64,000 bases of DNA, from assembly GCA_002269645.1 (NCBI GenBank), contig NIVC01001094.1, positions 1 to 64,000 of the forward strand, given 5' to 3'. Within the stretch, counting starts at the first letter, position 1. Each line of letters opens with the position of its first letter. Below are positions 11,066 through 23,905 of this stretch, in pieces. The translations under genes and the position numbers were made by a program. Below the pieces are notes generated by a model. The model was not told the origin of the DNA. It did not search any database and was given only the letters and a program-made list of their open reading frames with translations. This stretch comes from Macrostomum lignano. Its lineage: Eukaryota.

Positions 11066-14000
11066 ATGCAGTCTGACTCTTTGCCCAGGCAGGCGAGGCC
11101 GAGGTTTCCGCACTACCTGTTCAGACGGCACCAGAGCCTTGAGCAGATCAAAGGTGAGTTAATGAGACAGATAGAGGTTAGTTCGACTTTGAATATGCGG
11201 TGACGCTAATATTTGATTATTGTTTCACACTGATGGATTTTGGGATCAGTGATCGGGTTTTGGTATCAGCGATCGGGTTTTGGGATCAGTGATCGGGTTT
11301 TGGGATCAGTGATCGGGTTTTGGGATCAGTGATCGGATTTTGGGATCAGTGATCGGATTTTGGGATCAGTGATCGGATTTTGGGATCAGTGATCGGGTTT
11401 TGGGATCAGTGATCGGGTTTTGGGACCAGTGATTAGATTTTGGGATCAGTGATCGGATTATGGGATCAGTGATCAGATTTTGGGATTAGTGATTGGGTTT
11501 TGGGATCAGTGATTAGATTTTGGGATCAGTGATCGGCTTTTGGGATTAGTAATTGAGTTTTGGGATCAGTGGTTAGATTTTGGGATCAGTGATCGGCTTT
11601 TGGGAGCGGGTCGACTTGAGACCACTTTGAAATGAAAACTTTGTCTCTCAAAAGCAGAGCAGCTCCTTGAACTATGCCCAGACGAGAGTTGCTGGGGTCC
11701 TGACCAAATTCGAATTGGGCTGAGAGAGGATATCGAAGTTGGAGCCCGAATTTCCCTCCTCTCCCTACTGACTCTTCCTCTACTGGCTACACTGCTGGTA
11801 ATTGAGATACCCTGGGATTCCTGAGGCCCCCGCCCCACCCCCACCCTCGAGTTCCTTGCTTACCCATAGCTATGTGCTAGGCGTACGAAAGCAGAAAAGA
11901 GTTGCACGATCGTAATATACTTTGCATACTACTGACTGATGGAAAGTACAGATTTGAATTGACGCTTCCTTAGAATTGAGAGTTTGAAAAAGATGGAGAG
12001 TAGAGGATAATCTGATATATGCCTAGAGGAATCAAGGCCGAATCAAGGACGGGAAACTTCATTTCCTAGAAATTTTTTGAAGGCTGGCTTTACGCGCAAA
12101 AGTACGAGCGTACTTTTATCGAGAAAAGAACTTTTCTTTCTTCAACACAAAAATAGCAATAGCTTTCTATTAGAAGCAGATCGAATGCTCATTTTTTAAA
12201 TTATTGCTTGATTAAATTCTAAAAGATAACACATTGATTAATTTTCTACAAAGACAGCCTTACAAATCAATGAAATCAATAAATCACTAGAACTGGAAAG
12301 TCATATTGAAAAAAATGATAATTCGATTTTCTTCCGTAAAGATAGGCTTCTAAAATTTTTAAGAAACGTGAGAAATGAGAGAAAGTAGGAGAACAGTAAC
12401 GCATTGGAGAAATAGGAGTTCAGGCTCCGATTCTGGGGAATACGGCGGCTAAGACGCTTGGAAAAACATGAAAATCCGGCCAAACAGCGATTCGACACTG
12501 CACGCGGCTTGATGAAGAACTTCCCTAACTTTAAGCTGAGCACGCTATTCTCACCACGGATTCTATATTACCATTAACCAATGAGCCGAGTTATGTATCG
12601 AAGTTTAGCAGGGTAAAAGTTATAATCTTTTGAGGAAGAAATATCACTCATCCGTTTTTTAATCCACCGAGGGGATGAGAATGGGATCGGGCAGCTCAGG
12701 GTGGGAGCTGAGCTCATAGAGGAGAATGGGATTGGACAGCTCAGGGTGGGAGCTGAGCTCATAGAGGGGAATGGGATTGGACAGCTCAGGGTGGGAGCTG
12801 AGCTCATAGAGGGGAATGGGATCGGACAGCTCAGGGTGGGAGCTGAGCTCATAGAGGGGAATGGGATCGGACAGCTCAGGGTGGGAGCTGAGCTCATAGA
12901 GGGGAATGGGATTGGACAGCTCAGGGTGGGAGCTGAGCTCATAGAGGGGAATGGGATTGGACAGCTCAGGGTGGGAGCTGAGCTCATAGAGGGGAATGGG
13001 ATCGGGCAGCTCAGGGTGGGAGCTGAGCTCATAGAGGGGAATGGGATCGGACAGCTCAGGGTGGGAGCTGAGCTCATAGAGGGGAATGGGATTGGACAGC
13101 TCAGGGTGGGAGCTGAGCTCATAGAGGGGAATGGGATCGGACAGCTCAGGGTGGGAGCTGAGCTCATAGAGGGGAATGGGATCGGACAGCTCAGGGTGGG
13201 AGCTGAGCTCATAGAGGGGAATGGGATTGGACAGCTCAGGGTGGGAGCTGAGCTCATAGAGGGAATGGGATTGGACAGCTCAGGGTGGGAGCTGAGCTCA
13301 TAGAGGGGAATGGGATCGGACAGCTCAGGGTGGGAGCTGAGCTCATAGAGGGGAATGGGATCGGACAGCTCAGGGTGGGAGCTGAGCTCATAGAGGGGAA
13401 TGGGATTGGACAGCTCAGGGTGGGAGCTGAGCTCATAGAGGGGAATGGGATTGGACAGCTCAGGGTGGGAGCTGAGCTCATAGAGGGGAATGGGATTGGA
13501 CAGCTCAGGGTGGGAGCTGAGCTCATAGAGGGGAATGGGATCGGACAGCTCAGGGTGGGAGCTGAGCTCATAGAGGGGAATGGGATTGGACAGCTCAGGG
13601 TGGGAGCTGAGCTCATAGAGGGGAATGGGATCGGACAGCTCAGGGTGGGAGCTGAGCTCATAGAGGGGAATGGGATCGGACAGCTCAGGGTGGGAGCTGA
13701 GCTCAAAGAGGGGAATGGGATTGGACAGCTCAGGGTGGGAGCTGAGCTCATAGAGGGGAATGGGATCGGACAGCTCAGGGTGGGAGCTGAGCTCATAGAG
13801 GGGAATGGGATTGGACAGCTCAGGGTGGGAGCTGAGCTCATAGAGGGGAATGGGATCGGACAGCTCAGGGTGGGAGCTGAGCTCATAGAGGGGAATGGGA
13901 TCGGACAGCTCAGGGTGGGAGCTGAGCTCATAGAGGGGAATGGGATTGGACAGCTCAGGGTGGGAGCTGAGCTCATAGAGGGGAATGGGATTGGACAGCT

Positions 14001-14759
14001 CAGGGTGGGAGCTGAGCTCATAGAGGGGAATGGGATCGGACAGCTCAGGATGAACCTGAAAGAGGATCTCCCGGGAGCATGAGATCAGAAAACTTAGGGA
14101 TCGATTTCTCCATAGGAGAGAATAGGATTTCATTAGAAGCTCTAAGGTACTCCCTAGCAGATTACTTATGTATCCCAACCCAATAGCTCAGCAGCTCGTG
14201 ACGGCCTTTTTTAATGTCCCAATTTTTATATTCCGCCATCTGCATCTGTCGCCGCCGCTCCCGGCTACATTGGATTTGCATATCTGGCCTGAGCAGTTTA
14301 TCAGAGGCTGCCGGGACTCGGTGCTCTCTGACCCACCCCACCCCAAACCCTCTCGCTGCTCGGGGTGGCCCCGGGTCGAGGGTCCCAGCGGCCTCCTGGG
14401 GGATTGCGGATGCGATGGCTACTCCCCCCCTCAGTCCAGCCCATCATCCTTTTTCACGCCGATGTCATGTTCCGTCTCCGTCTCCCTCTCTCTCCAACTG
14501 TCTCATTTGGAGTCCCATCCGTGCCCCGGGCCTGCCTGACGTCTCCAGCCAATCCGAGATCGCTGCTGAAAGTTTTTGCCTGCCTGCCGCCCCACTCAGC
14601 CCCTCCTCCTCCTCCCAGACTCTCCGCTCCTTCATCGGCTGGCTAGTAGAGTTATAGTTTATATATGACTATCGTCAGCAGGGCGGACCAGTATTAACCG
14701 TATCGCCTGTCTCTGCCTGAGCATCAAAGTTTTTTTTAAACAGCAGACTCGGCCAGGAT

Positions 14760-14790
<31 letters not shown>

Positions 14791-16611
14791 GCTTCTCAGA
14801 CTCCACAGGCGGCTCGGCCAAGGCAGCAGCTGGCCTCGGCCGGCGCCTGTCCGGAGGAGCTGCTCGGACAGCCAGCACCGCTGGGCCGAGCGCCCAGTGT
14901 CCGGAAACGGCACAGCTACGCCACGAAAGCCTGCCACTCCACTGACGAGGTGCTGCTAGACGAAGGAAGCCAGGGCTGGTGAGTCGGCACTCGAGCCTGG
15001 CCTCCGAGATCGCGGCTGTTTTTCACACTTTACATGTGTTAATTAATCTCAGGTGTCAATCAATTTGGCTGAGCACAAACAACCCTACCGGGTAACCTTC
15101 ATAGAGCATTGGGTCACAATTAATTACAATCACAGCAGCATTCACCAGGTCCCCCTCAGTCTTTAATAAAGGGGAATTCGCCTTCCGCAGCCTGGGCCGC
15201 TATCGGGAGAAGGGCCTGCCGTTTTGATTGCCTTTTTGCCTTCATTTTCCCAATAGAAGAGGAAGTGAGCGAATGAAAATAATTGACCTGAGAATCCGGG
15301 CGATAGCGGAGGAGAACATACAAAACAAGCATGCGGGAGGGTGGAACAGCGGCACAGGAATTATTTCACAAGCAACAGTTACGAGAGTACTCATGCGCAG
15401 TGTTTTTTATTTCTATTTTAGCCAAGGGCCTGCGGAAATCCTTCTGAGCAGCGAGAGCCCGTCTGGAGAGTGCACGGTTCGTGGCGGCACTCTCAGAGGC
15501 CTCATTGAGTTTGCGATTGGCTGCTTCGGTGAGCGGCGCTGGAGAATGTATTGAGAGGATTTGGAGAATGTACTGAGGGGCGTAGGAGAATGTATTGAGA
15601 GGATTTGGAGAATGTACTGAGGGGCATAGGAGAATGTATTGAGAGGATTTGGAGAATGTACTGAGGGGCGTAGGAGAATGTATTGAGAGGATTTGGAGAA
15701 TGTACTGAGGGGCATAGGAGAATGTATTGAGAGGATTTGGAGAATGTACTGAGGGGCGTAGGAGAATGTATTGAGAGGATTTGGAGAATGTACTGAGGGG
15801 CGTAGGAGAATGTATTGAGAGGATTTGGAGAATGTACTGAGGGGCGTAGGAGAATGTATTGAGAGGATTTGGAGAATGTACTGAGGGGCATAGGAGAATG
15901 TATTGAGAGGATTTGGAGAATGTACTGAGGGGCATAGGAGAATGTATTGAGAGGATTTGGAGAATGTACTGAGGGGCATAGGAGAATGTATTGAGAGGAT
16001 TTGGAGAATGTACTGAGGGGCATAGGAGAATGTATTGAGAGGATTTGGAGAATGTACTGAGGGGCATAGGAGAATGTATTGAGAGGATTTGGAGAATGTA
16101 CTGAGGGGCATAGGAGAATGTATTGAGAGGATTTGGAGAATGTACTGAGGGGCATAGGAGAATGTATTGAGAGGATTTGGAGAATGTACTGAGGGGCATA
16201 GGAGAATGTATTGAGAGGCGTTGGAGATTCTACCGAGAAGCATAGGAGACGAGAGGTGTATGAGAATGTACTGTAGAGAAATACTACTATAACCTATAAT
16301 ATTACTATAATATTACTATTTGTTTCCAAAAACTCGCAGAAGTGTCCAACAAGGAGGTGCACATCTCCAACCAGAGTTTTTTGGACGTGTTCTTCCTGAT
16401 GCACGAGTGGATTTCGGACTCAGTGACGGTGGTGTCGACTGTCATCGAGCTGTGCGAGAGGAACAGTCAAATACTGCGGCGTGGCCTGCTCATGATCAGG
16501 TGAGTGCGAGCTCTTCTGGATGCACTTTCTAGAATTGAAGCCGGCGCTCTATTAAACTACGAGGCACTGCTAGTTCCTTTGTTGAATTGGGAAATCGTGA
16601 AGGTTCGTATC

Positions 16612-16693
<82 letters not shown>

Positions 16694-19600
16694 GAGAGGG
16701 AGAGAGAGGGAGGGAGAGAGAGGGAGAGAGAGGGAGGGAGAGAGAGAAGAGAGAGAGGTAGAGAGAGGGAGAGAGAGGGGAGGGAGAGAGGGAGGGAGAG
16801 AGGGAGAGAGAGAGGGAGAGAGAGAGAGAGGGAGAGAGAGAGGGAGAGAGAGGGAGAGAGAGAGGGTTACTGGCTGAGCTCCACACCTCTCCAAACCTTT
16901 AGCCGGGAGCAGAAAGCCCTGACCGTACAAGTACTGTTGCAGTGCGTGACCAGTTCGGACAAATGCTGAAGTGTGTTGCAAAACAGGGGCCAATTTCCGG
17001 CCGTCTCATCCTCCCAGCTTCCCTGTCCGCCTTCTCGACTTCATCAGCCGCCGCCTTGCTGACGCGCTCTTCTTCCTTCTTCGGCGCCACGCTTTGCCTC
17101 ATTTCTCCCCGCTGCCAGTGGCAGCGTTGAATCTTGAAAAGTCACTTCCAGCTGCTCAGGATTCACAGAAAATTTCCACGCTCTCGGGAGAAATCGGTGA
17201 GGTAGGGGGTGGGGGAGGGGCAGATGCCGCACCGATGACGGGCTTAAGGTCGAAATCTCCCAATGCGGCCCTGGCTAGCTGATCCCAAATCCGTTCGCGG
17301 CTCAAGATGGTCACGCGAAACCGCGTCGAGGCGTTTTGAAACCGGATCAGCCGCGAATCGGCGAGGTGCGGCTTAAGCTAATCCCGCGATCCCGACCCCA
17401 GCTGCGTGTTAATTCCCATAGCCGATCGGGAGCAGGAATTCTCTGTGCGCAAAGATTTATCTGTTTATTTGAATGTGGAAATTGCTCCTTACTGTTGATC
17501 CTGTCACTGTTGATCCTGTCACTGTTGATCCTGTCACTGTTGATCCTGTCACTGTTGATCCTGTCACTGTTGATCCTGTCACTGTTGATCCTGTCACTGT
17601 TGATCCTGTCACTGTTGATCCTGTCACTGTTGATCCTGTCACTGTTGATCCTGTCACTGTTGATCCTGTCACTGTTGATCCTGTCACTGTTGATCCTGTC
17701 ACTGTTGATCCTGTCACTGTTGATCCTGTCACTGTTGACAGTGAATTCAGGTGAGCATGAATGAGAGTGACTGAAATCCGGTCCCAGCTCTCTGACAGTG
17801 AATTCAGGTGAGCATGAGAGTGACTGAAATCCGGTCCCAGCTCTCTGACAGTGAATTCAGGTGAGCATGAGAGTGACTGAAATCCGGTCCCAGCTCTCTG
17901 ACAGTGAATTCAGGTGAGCATGAGAGTGACTGAAATCCGGTCCCAGCTCTCTGACAGTGAATTCAGGTGAGCATGAGAGTGACTGAAATCCGGTCCCAGC
18001 TCTCTGACAGTGAATTCAGGTGAGCATGAGAGTGACTGAAATCCGGTCCCAGCTCTCTGACAGTGAATTCAGGTGAGCATGAGAGTGACTGAAATCCGGT
18101 CCCAGCTCTCTGACAGTGAATTCAGGTGAGCATGAGAGTGACTGAAATCCGGTCCCAGCTCTCTGACAGTGAATTCAGGTGAGCATGAGAGTGACTGAAA
18201 TCCAGTCCCAGCTAAATGTATCCTAAACCTATAAAAAGATGAAAAAAACTTCCTAAAAAAGCCTTCATTTTGACGTCGCTGCAGTTATGAGTAGTTTCAG
18301 GCTTTGCCTACTCATAGCTACATTGTTAAATCACCGCCGCCACCAGATTCTGGATCAACAAGTATCCGAGCGCCTTTGAAGCGAACAAATCGTTGGCCAC
18401 ACTGGTTGAGGCTTTCTTCGAGCGCGTGAACGCCAGAGACCTGGACGATATCGTGTCCACTATGAACATCCGGGATATGTAGGTGCACTCTAGCTTTGAC
18501 CGCCTCTATTGCATTTTAACTTGAAAACTGAAACATCCTTGACCTCTCCTTGCCCCATGGCAGAACCAAGCACGAATGGCTGAGACTGGACTCCATGAAG
18601 AAGGACCGGGTCAGCAGCAGCAGAGTTAACTCTCTGGTCTTTAACCAGCTGGAAGCGGAGCAGCTGGCTGAGCAGCTCACCGTGCTGGAGTTCAAGGCCT
18701 TCAGGCGCATCCGGGTGAGGGGATTGTGAACCGGACTGAATTCGGATAAAAACAAACTAGTAAATGGTGGTGACTGGGAACTGGGACTGCGCGGAGACTG
18801 GGAACTGGAACTGCTCGGGGACTGGGAGCTGGAACTTCTCAGGAACTGGGAGCTGGAACTGCTCAGCAACTGGGAGCTGGAACTGCTCGAGGACTGGGAG
18901 CTGGAACTTCTCAGGAACTGGGAGCTGGAACTGCTCGAGGACTGGGAGCTGGAACTGCTCAGGAACTGGGAGCTGGAACTGCTCGGGGACCGGGAGCTGG
19001 AACTGCTCAGGAACTGGGAGCTGGAACTGCTCAGGAACTGGGAGCTGGAACTGCTCGGGGACTGGGAGCTGGAACTGATCAGGGACTGGGAGCTGGAACT
19101 GCTCGGGGACTGGGAGCTGGAACTGCTCAGGAACTGGGAGCTGGAACTGCTCGAGGACTGGGAGCTGGAACTGCTCAGGAACTGGGAGCTGGAACTGCTC
19201 GAGGACTGGGAGCTGGAACTGCTCAGGAACTGGGAGCTGGAACTGCTCGGGGACTGGGAGCTGGAACTGCTCGAGGACTGGGAGCTGGAACTGCTCAGGA
19301 ACTGGGAGCTGGAACTGCTCGAGGACTGGGAGCTGGAACTGCTCAGGAACTGGGAGCTGGAACTGCTCGGGGACTGGGAGCTGGAACTGCTCAGGGACTG
19401 GGAGCTGGAACTGCTCAGGGACTGGGAGCTGGAACTGCTCAGGGACTGGGAGCTGGAACTGCTCAGGAACTGGGAGCTGCAGAATTTTTTATGCCAGTGC
19501 GCGCTTTTGAAGCTTACCAGGGACCGTAGCTAGGAATGGTGAGCTAGCTAACGAGACAATGCAATAAAAATCCACGCGTACGAGTAGATCCCGGACCTCA

Positions 19601-22600
19601 AGGCGTACACTTCTGGCGAGAGCCTTCGCGGCAGTCCAACTCTGGAGCGCTGCGTTCTGCTATTTAACGGTCTGTCCCAGTGGGTGCAATGCATGGTGCT
19701 GAGCAAGTCTACTCCAGCCGAGAGGGCCCGCGTCGTTGCCAAGTTTCTGGAGGTTTCCGAGGTGAGGCACCGTGCAGTCAAATGTTTTTCCTAAGCTTGC
19801 CAAATCGCTAGCGCTACATGCTTTCTGAGTAGGTTGAGTTTTTGGTAGCGTTTCACAAGTTTGAAATGCCGCATCCTCGGAAACAAAAGAAGCAAAAACG
19901 TATAGCTAATTACAATTTGTATTTTCGAAATTTCGAGCTTGTGAAAGCGACCCGACCTTTGGATGGTCATCAACGAACGGAACTCAGATGAGGAGGGTCA
20001 TCCACAAATAATCTTTGGATGACAGACCAATAAATCTTCGGTGATGCGTCAGCCTCCATCTTCACCACAGAGTACAGCAATGGTATCTGTATCAAGCCCG
20101 ATTAAAATTATCCCTTCAAGGAGCTGCTCAAGCTGAACAACTTCAACACCCTCATGTCGGTGGTCGGCGGCCTGAGCCACAGCGCCATCGCTCGGCTGAG
20201 CAAGACGCACGCTTGTCTGTCGCAGAGGTCGCAGAAGGTCAGTTGCTGTGACATTTTATTCTATACTAAATTTTTGAATCAGGAAACACTTCCAAAGGAA
20301 TACTTCTGTATCTACGTTTCAACAGCTCCTGGTGGACCTCACAGAGTTTCTGTCGTCATCTAGCAACTTTTCCAACTATCGCAAGGAATACGCTGAAGCG
20401 AAAGATTTCAAAATACCCATTCTGTGAGTTGGGTGAATCCGCTTAACGTCACATTATGCAGCATTTGAAATTTTCCATACGGTTTAGTAGCTGATCCAGC
20501 TGTTCACCTAGTAGCTTATCCAGCAGTTCACCCAGTAGCTGATCCAGCAGTTCACCCAGTAGCTGATCCAGCAGTTCACCCAGTAGCTGATCCAGCAGTT
20601 CACCCAGTAGCTCATCCAGCAGTTCACCTAGTAGCTTATCCAGCAGTTCAACTAGTATCTTATCCAGTAGTTCACCCAGTAGCTTATCCAGCAGTTCACC
20701 TAGTATCTTATCCAGCAGTTCACCCAGTAGCTTATCCAGCAGTTCAACTAGTATCTTATCCAGCAGTTCACCCAGTAGCTTATCCAGCAGTTCAACTAGT
20801 ATCTTATCCAGCAGTTCACCCAGTATCTTATCCAGCAGTTCACCCAGTAGCTGATCCAGCAGTTCACCCAGTAGCTGATCCAGCAGTTCACCCAGTAGCT
20901 CATCCAGCAGTTCACCCAGTAGCTGATCCAGCAGTTCACCCAGTAGCTTATCCAGCAGTTCAACTAGTAGCTCATCCAGCACTTCACCCAGTAGCTTATC
21001 CAGCAGTTCACCCAGTAGCTGATCCAGCAGTTCACCCAGTAGCTGATCCAGCAGTTCACCCAGTACCCAGTAGCTCACGCCGCCTTCCCGTCCCCGAGCA
21101 GTGCCGTGCACCTGAAAGACCTCATCCAGCTGAACGTGGCCGTACCGGACAAGCTGAGCGGGACTGCCCGATTCATCAACTGGCGCAAGGTGGTGCAGCT
21201 CTCGCAGACTCTCGGCCTGCTGCACGCGGCTCAGCGGGCGCCGCTCCCGGTTGAGGAGAACGTCACCCTGTGCAACACCCTGCGGGTGGGTGCTGCTGTC
21301 AGTGCCAGCATGAAAGACTGCCTGTTAGGCTATGCACGCAATTCCTAATGAAAAAATGGGATAGAGAGGATAGACATTTGAGACTAGATATGAGAGGAGA
21401 GAGTAGACAGGAGGGAAGCAAGGATAAGAGACCTGATGATGCAAGAGTCTACCTAGAAACCCAAACTTATTGCAGCTGTCGCTGGACTGCCACCACACTG
21501 AGGACGACATCTACGAGGTGTCGCTGCTCCGCGAGCCACGAAGCCTCTTCTCTGTGAGCTGCTGATTCAATTCTTTAAAAATATACAAGCCAGCCCTATG
21601 GCGGGCCAGCTCATCGCGTCTGTAATGCCCCAATTCCAGCCGTCGACCCCCACTAAGCCGGTGGTGTTCGCGCAGTGGGTGTCCGGTTCCAAGCCGCCGC
21701 ATCCGGAAACGTTGAAGCGGCACATCTTTGATATGGTCGAGGCGAGTGCCGACTTCATTTTTTAGCCAGTCTACTTTAATAACCTCCTGTCCCTAGAGCG
21801 AAATTATCCCCCTTTTCACCTGCACTACACCTGCCCTCTGTCTCGGCTCCACCTCTCTGCCCTCTGGAGGGATCGCCCTGATTTTTTGGGTCGATCGCTC
21901 ACCAGCTTAATACTATAGGTATTCCCCGCGGAATCCCCAGGCAGCTAATTGCAAATTGACGCTGAAACCCGAGTGCTCAGGACTGGTCAAAGCTCCAGCG
22001 AATATTTTTTAATTCTGCCACTCCCCCGACGCAACCCAACCCTCGCAGGCTGTGTTCAGAGTCTACGATCACGACAAGGACGAGATGATCTCTGAGACGG
22101 AGTTCGCCCAGATTGCTGAGAACTTTCCCTTCATCGATTCATTCGCTGTACTCGACGCCGACAAGTGAGCAGCAGGGAGTCCTCGCCGCACAGCGCTTCT
22201 TTCTCCTCTCCTCTCCTGTCTTCCCCGCCTCGGCTACCCGGCAGTTTACCCTGGAGACGCCGCTGTTGCGCTGTTGCAGAAAAAAAGCTCTTTATTCCCC
22301 ATGCCAGCCGGCCTGGGGCCCTTAATTTAATCACAGAGAAATGGGTTCTGCGCTCTGCTCTGTACTCATTTTTTCCCTTTGGCTTTTCCCTTGCCGCCGT
22401 CTCCTGCCTTCCCAATTCCTTCTTTTTTCCCGTTTCGGCAAAAATTACTGCTTTTGCAGTCTGAGGCACCCCTCGTCTCCAGCGCCCCTCCTTGTGCGGG
22501 TCTGGGAAGCCTCATTAACAGGGGGAGGGGGGTTCAGGAGACGTGGAGGAAACCCGGCGCCTTCGCAGTCTGCTCTCAAACTGCCCTCTTAAGCTGTTCC

Positions 22601-23905
22601 CGCTTTTGCCTGCCTCCGAATCCCTAAAAATCAAGCTGGCAGACTTTCTCCCCGCGAGTGCTCGAGCCGTCGCGGTCAACTCCAATCCCTGGCTTGATTT
22701 GTTTGAGCTGTTCCTGCCGGGCTCTGCCTGGGCAATAGGGCTGCAACATCATGGCGAAATTTAATTAACTGTATGCAGCCGGAGGGATGAGACGGGAAAT
22801 AGAAACACTAGAAAAATGGGTTGTCTTCGGAGAAGTACTAGGGGACTCAAAGACCGAATAAGGTGGACGCGGGGCTGGAGGCTGAGCTGCTTTCTCAATG
22901 CCAGCTCCTATCTATTTGGCGCTAACCAACATTTATCTGTCTATTCACGCATTGCCTACTGTAAGTAGTCTCACGAGGGCTCTAAAAATCTATAATCATT
23001 TTTAAGCGACGGCATGATTTCGAAGAACGAACTGAAGAACTACTTTATCCGGGCCAATTCGCACGCCTTAAAGAGCAGTTTTAAGCACGACTTCCACGAG
23101 ACTTCGTACTTTAAGCCGACCTTCTGCGACCGCTGTAACGGCCTGCTGTGGGGCCTCATCAAGCAGGGCTGGAAGTGCCGGGACTGCGGCATCAACGTGC
23201 ACAAGCACTGCAAGGACACCGTTGTGATGGAGTGCCGCGTCAGGGCTCAGGGGCAGCAGCGGGGAGCGGCGGCGGCTTCTGACTCGGCAGCAGGTGATCG
23301 GCTGGGCTCTGTTTGTTCTGTTGGTGTTGAATCTGAAATGAATGTGAATATTTGATTTCAATCAGTTCACCTATTTTATTGCAGCCATGATTTCAGGCTC
23401 GAATTCGACCGTGTCAACCATAGCCGGCGCCACTGTGACACCAGGTGTTGGCTGCAACGGCGCCTCAGTGGCGCCAACAGCTGCCTGCTGCGCTGGGTCG
23501 GCAACCGGCTGCTCCAAGGCAATCAGAGACAGCGGCAGCAGCAGCTGCGGCTCACCGCAAGCCACATCGGATGGCTGGGCTCAGACCGATGAAGATGCCA
23601 TCTGTATTGATGAGGCTCGGAAGCTGGCTCAGGCGAGTGTCGATCGAGTTGTGCTTTGCTTTTTTTCTAGCCGTCACGCTCTGCTTTTGAACTCAAATTT
23701 TTTTCACGCTCTGCAAAACTACATGTAACTGCAGGAAAATGCCGAGCTTCGCAAAGAGGCAGAGTCGCTTCGCCTGCAGGTGCAAAGTCAGGCGCAAGTA
23801 ATAACCAGATTGCACAACCAGGTGACCGGTATGCGGCAGCAAACAATCAGTTTCATTCTTCATCAGATGGATACTCTGGAGATTCAACGAAATTCCGAAG
23901 TTTAA
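11066..23905 (+). CDS. RASGRP: Ras guanyl-releasing protein (REM + CDC25 RasGEF + two EF-hands + C1 + coiled coil)
   Basis: Phase-consistent exons: 11066-11153 (start tentative), about 14735-14978, 15422-15528, 16340-16499, 18347-18478, 18564-18714, 19588-19761, 20121-20237, 20326-20423, 21102-21285, 21476-21553, 21640-21741, 22049-22164, 23007-23293, 23385-23632, 23735-23905. Motifs: [82 protein letters not shown]1 [17 protein letters not shown]...CRDC...HKHC...C. Confidence 0.92.
11238..11603. repeat. 20-bp minisatellite (GGGATCAGTGATCGGATTTT), RasGRP intron
   Basis: Direct reading. Confidence 0.9.
12678..14048. repeat. 45-bp minisatellite, about 30 copies, RasGRP intron
   Basis: Unit GGGAT(C/T)GGACAGCTCAGGGTGGGAGCTGAGCTCATAGAGGGGAAT. 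One unit near 13260 lacks a G. Confidence 0.95.
15541..16216. repeat. 44-bp minisatellite (2 x 22-bp subunits), starting just after an exon
   Basis: Unit GGAGAATGTATTGAGAGGATTTGGAGAATGTACTGAGGGGC(A/G)TA. Confidence 0.95.
16612..16864. repeat. (GA)n / (GGGA)n microsatellite
   Basis: Direct reading. Confidence 0.95.
17491..17737. repeat. 15-bp minisatellite (ACTGTTGATCCTGTC)
   Basis: Direct reading. Confidence 0.95.
17736..18212. repeat. 53-bp minisatellite, 9 copies, each containing splice-site-like motifs
   Basis: Unit CTCTGACAGTGAATTCAGGTGAGCATGAGAGTGACTGAAATCCGGTCCCAGCT. Confidence 0.95.
18772..19480. repeat. 24-bp minisatellite (GGGAGCTGGAACTGCTCAGGAACT)
   Basis: Direct reading. Confidence 0.95.
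20485..21075. repeat. 24-bp minisatellite (GATCCAGCAGTTCACCCAGTAGCT)
   Basis: Direct reading. Confidence 0.95.

Noticed and set aside
12000-12560. Degenerate coding-like sequence with several TAG stops
   Set aside because: No recognisable motif, so it cannot be called a pseudogene or evidence of recoding.
12574-14178. Long repetitive ORFs here and at 2360-2905, 15366-16243, 25885-28344, 34484-35762, 53849-55280 and 58208-59474
   Set aside because: They are translations of intronic or intergenic tandem repeats that are open in several frames on both strands.
16864-16990. Possible RasGRP exon YWLSSTP... after the GA repeat
   Set aside because: It has the wrong phase and hits a stop. The true RFWINKYP exon is at 18347.
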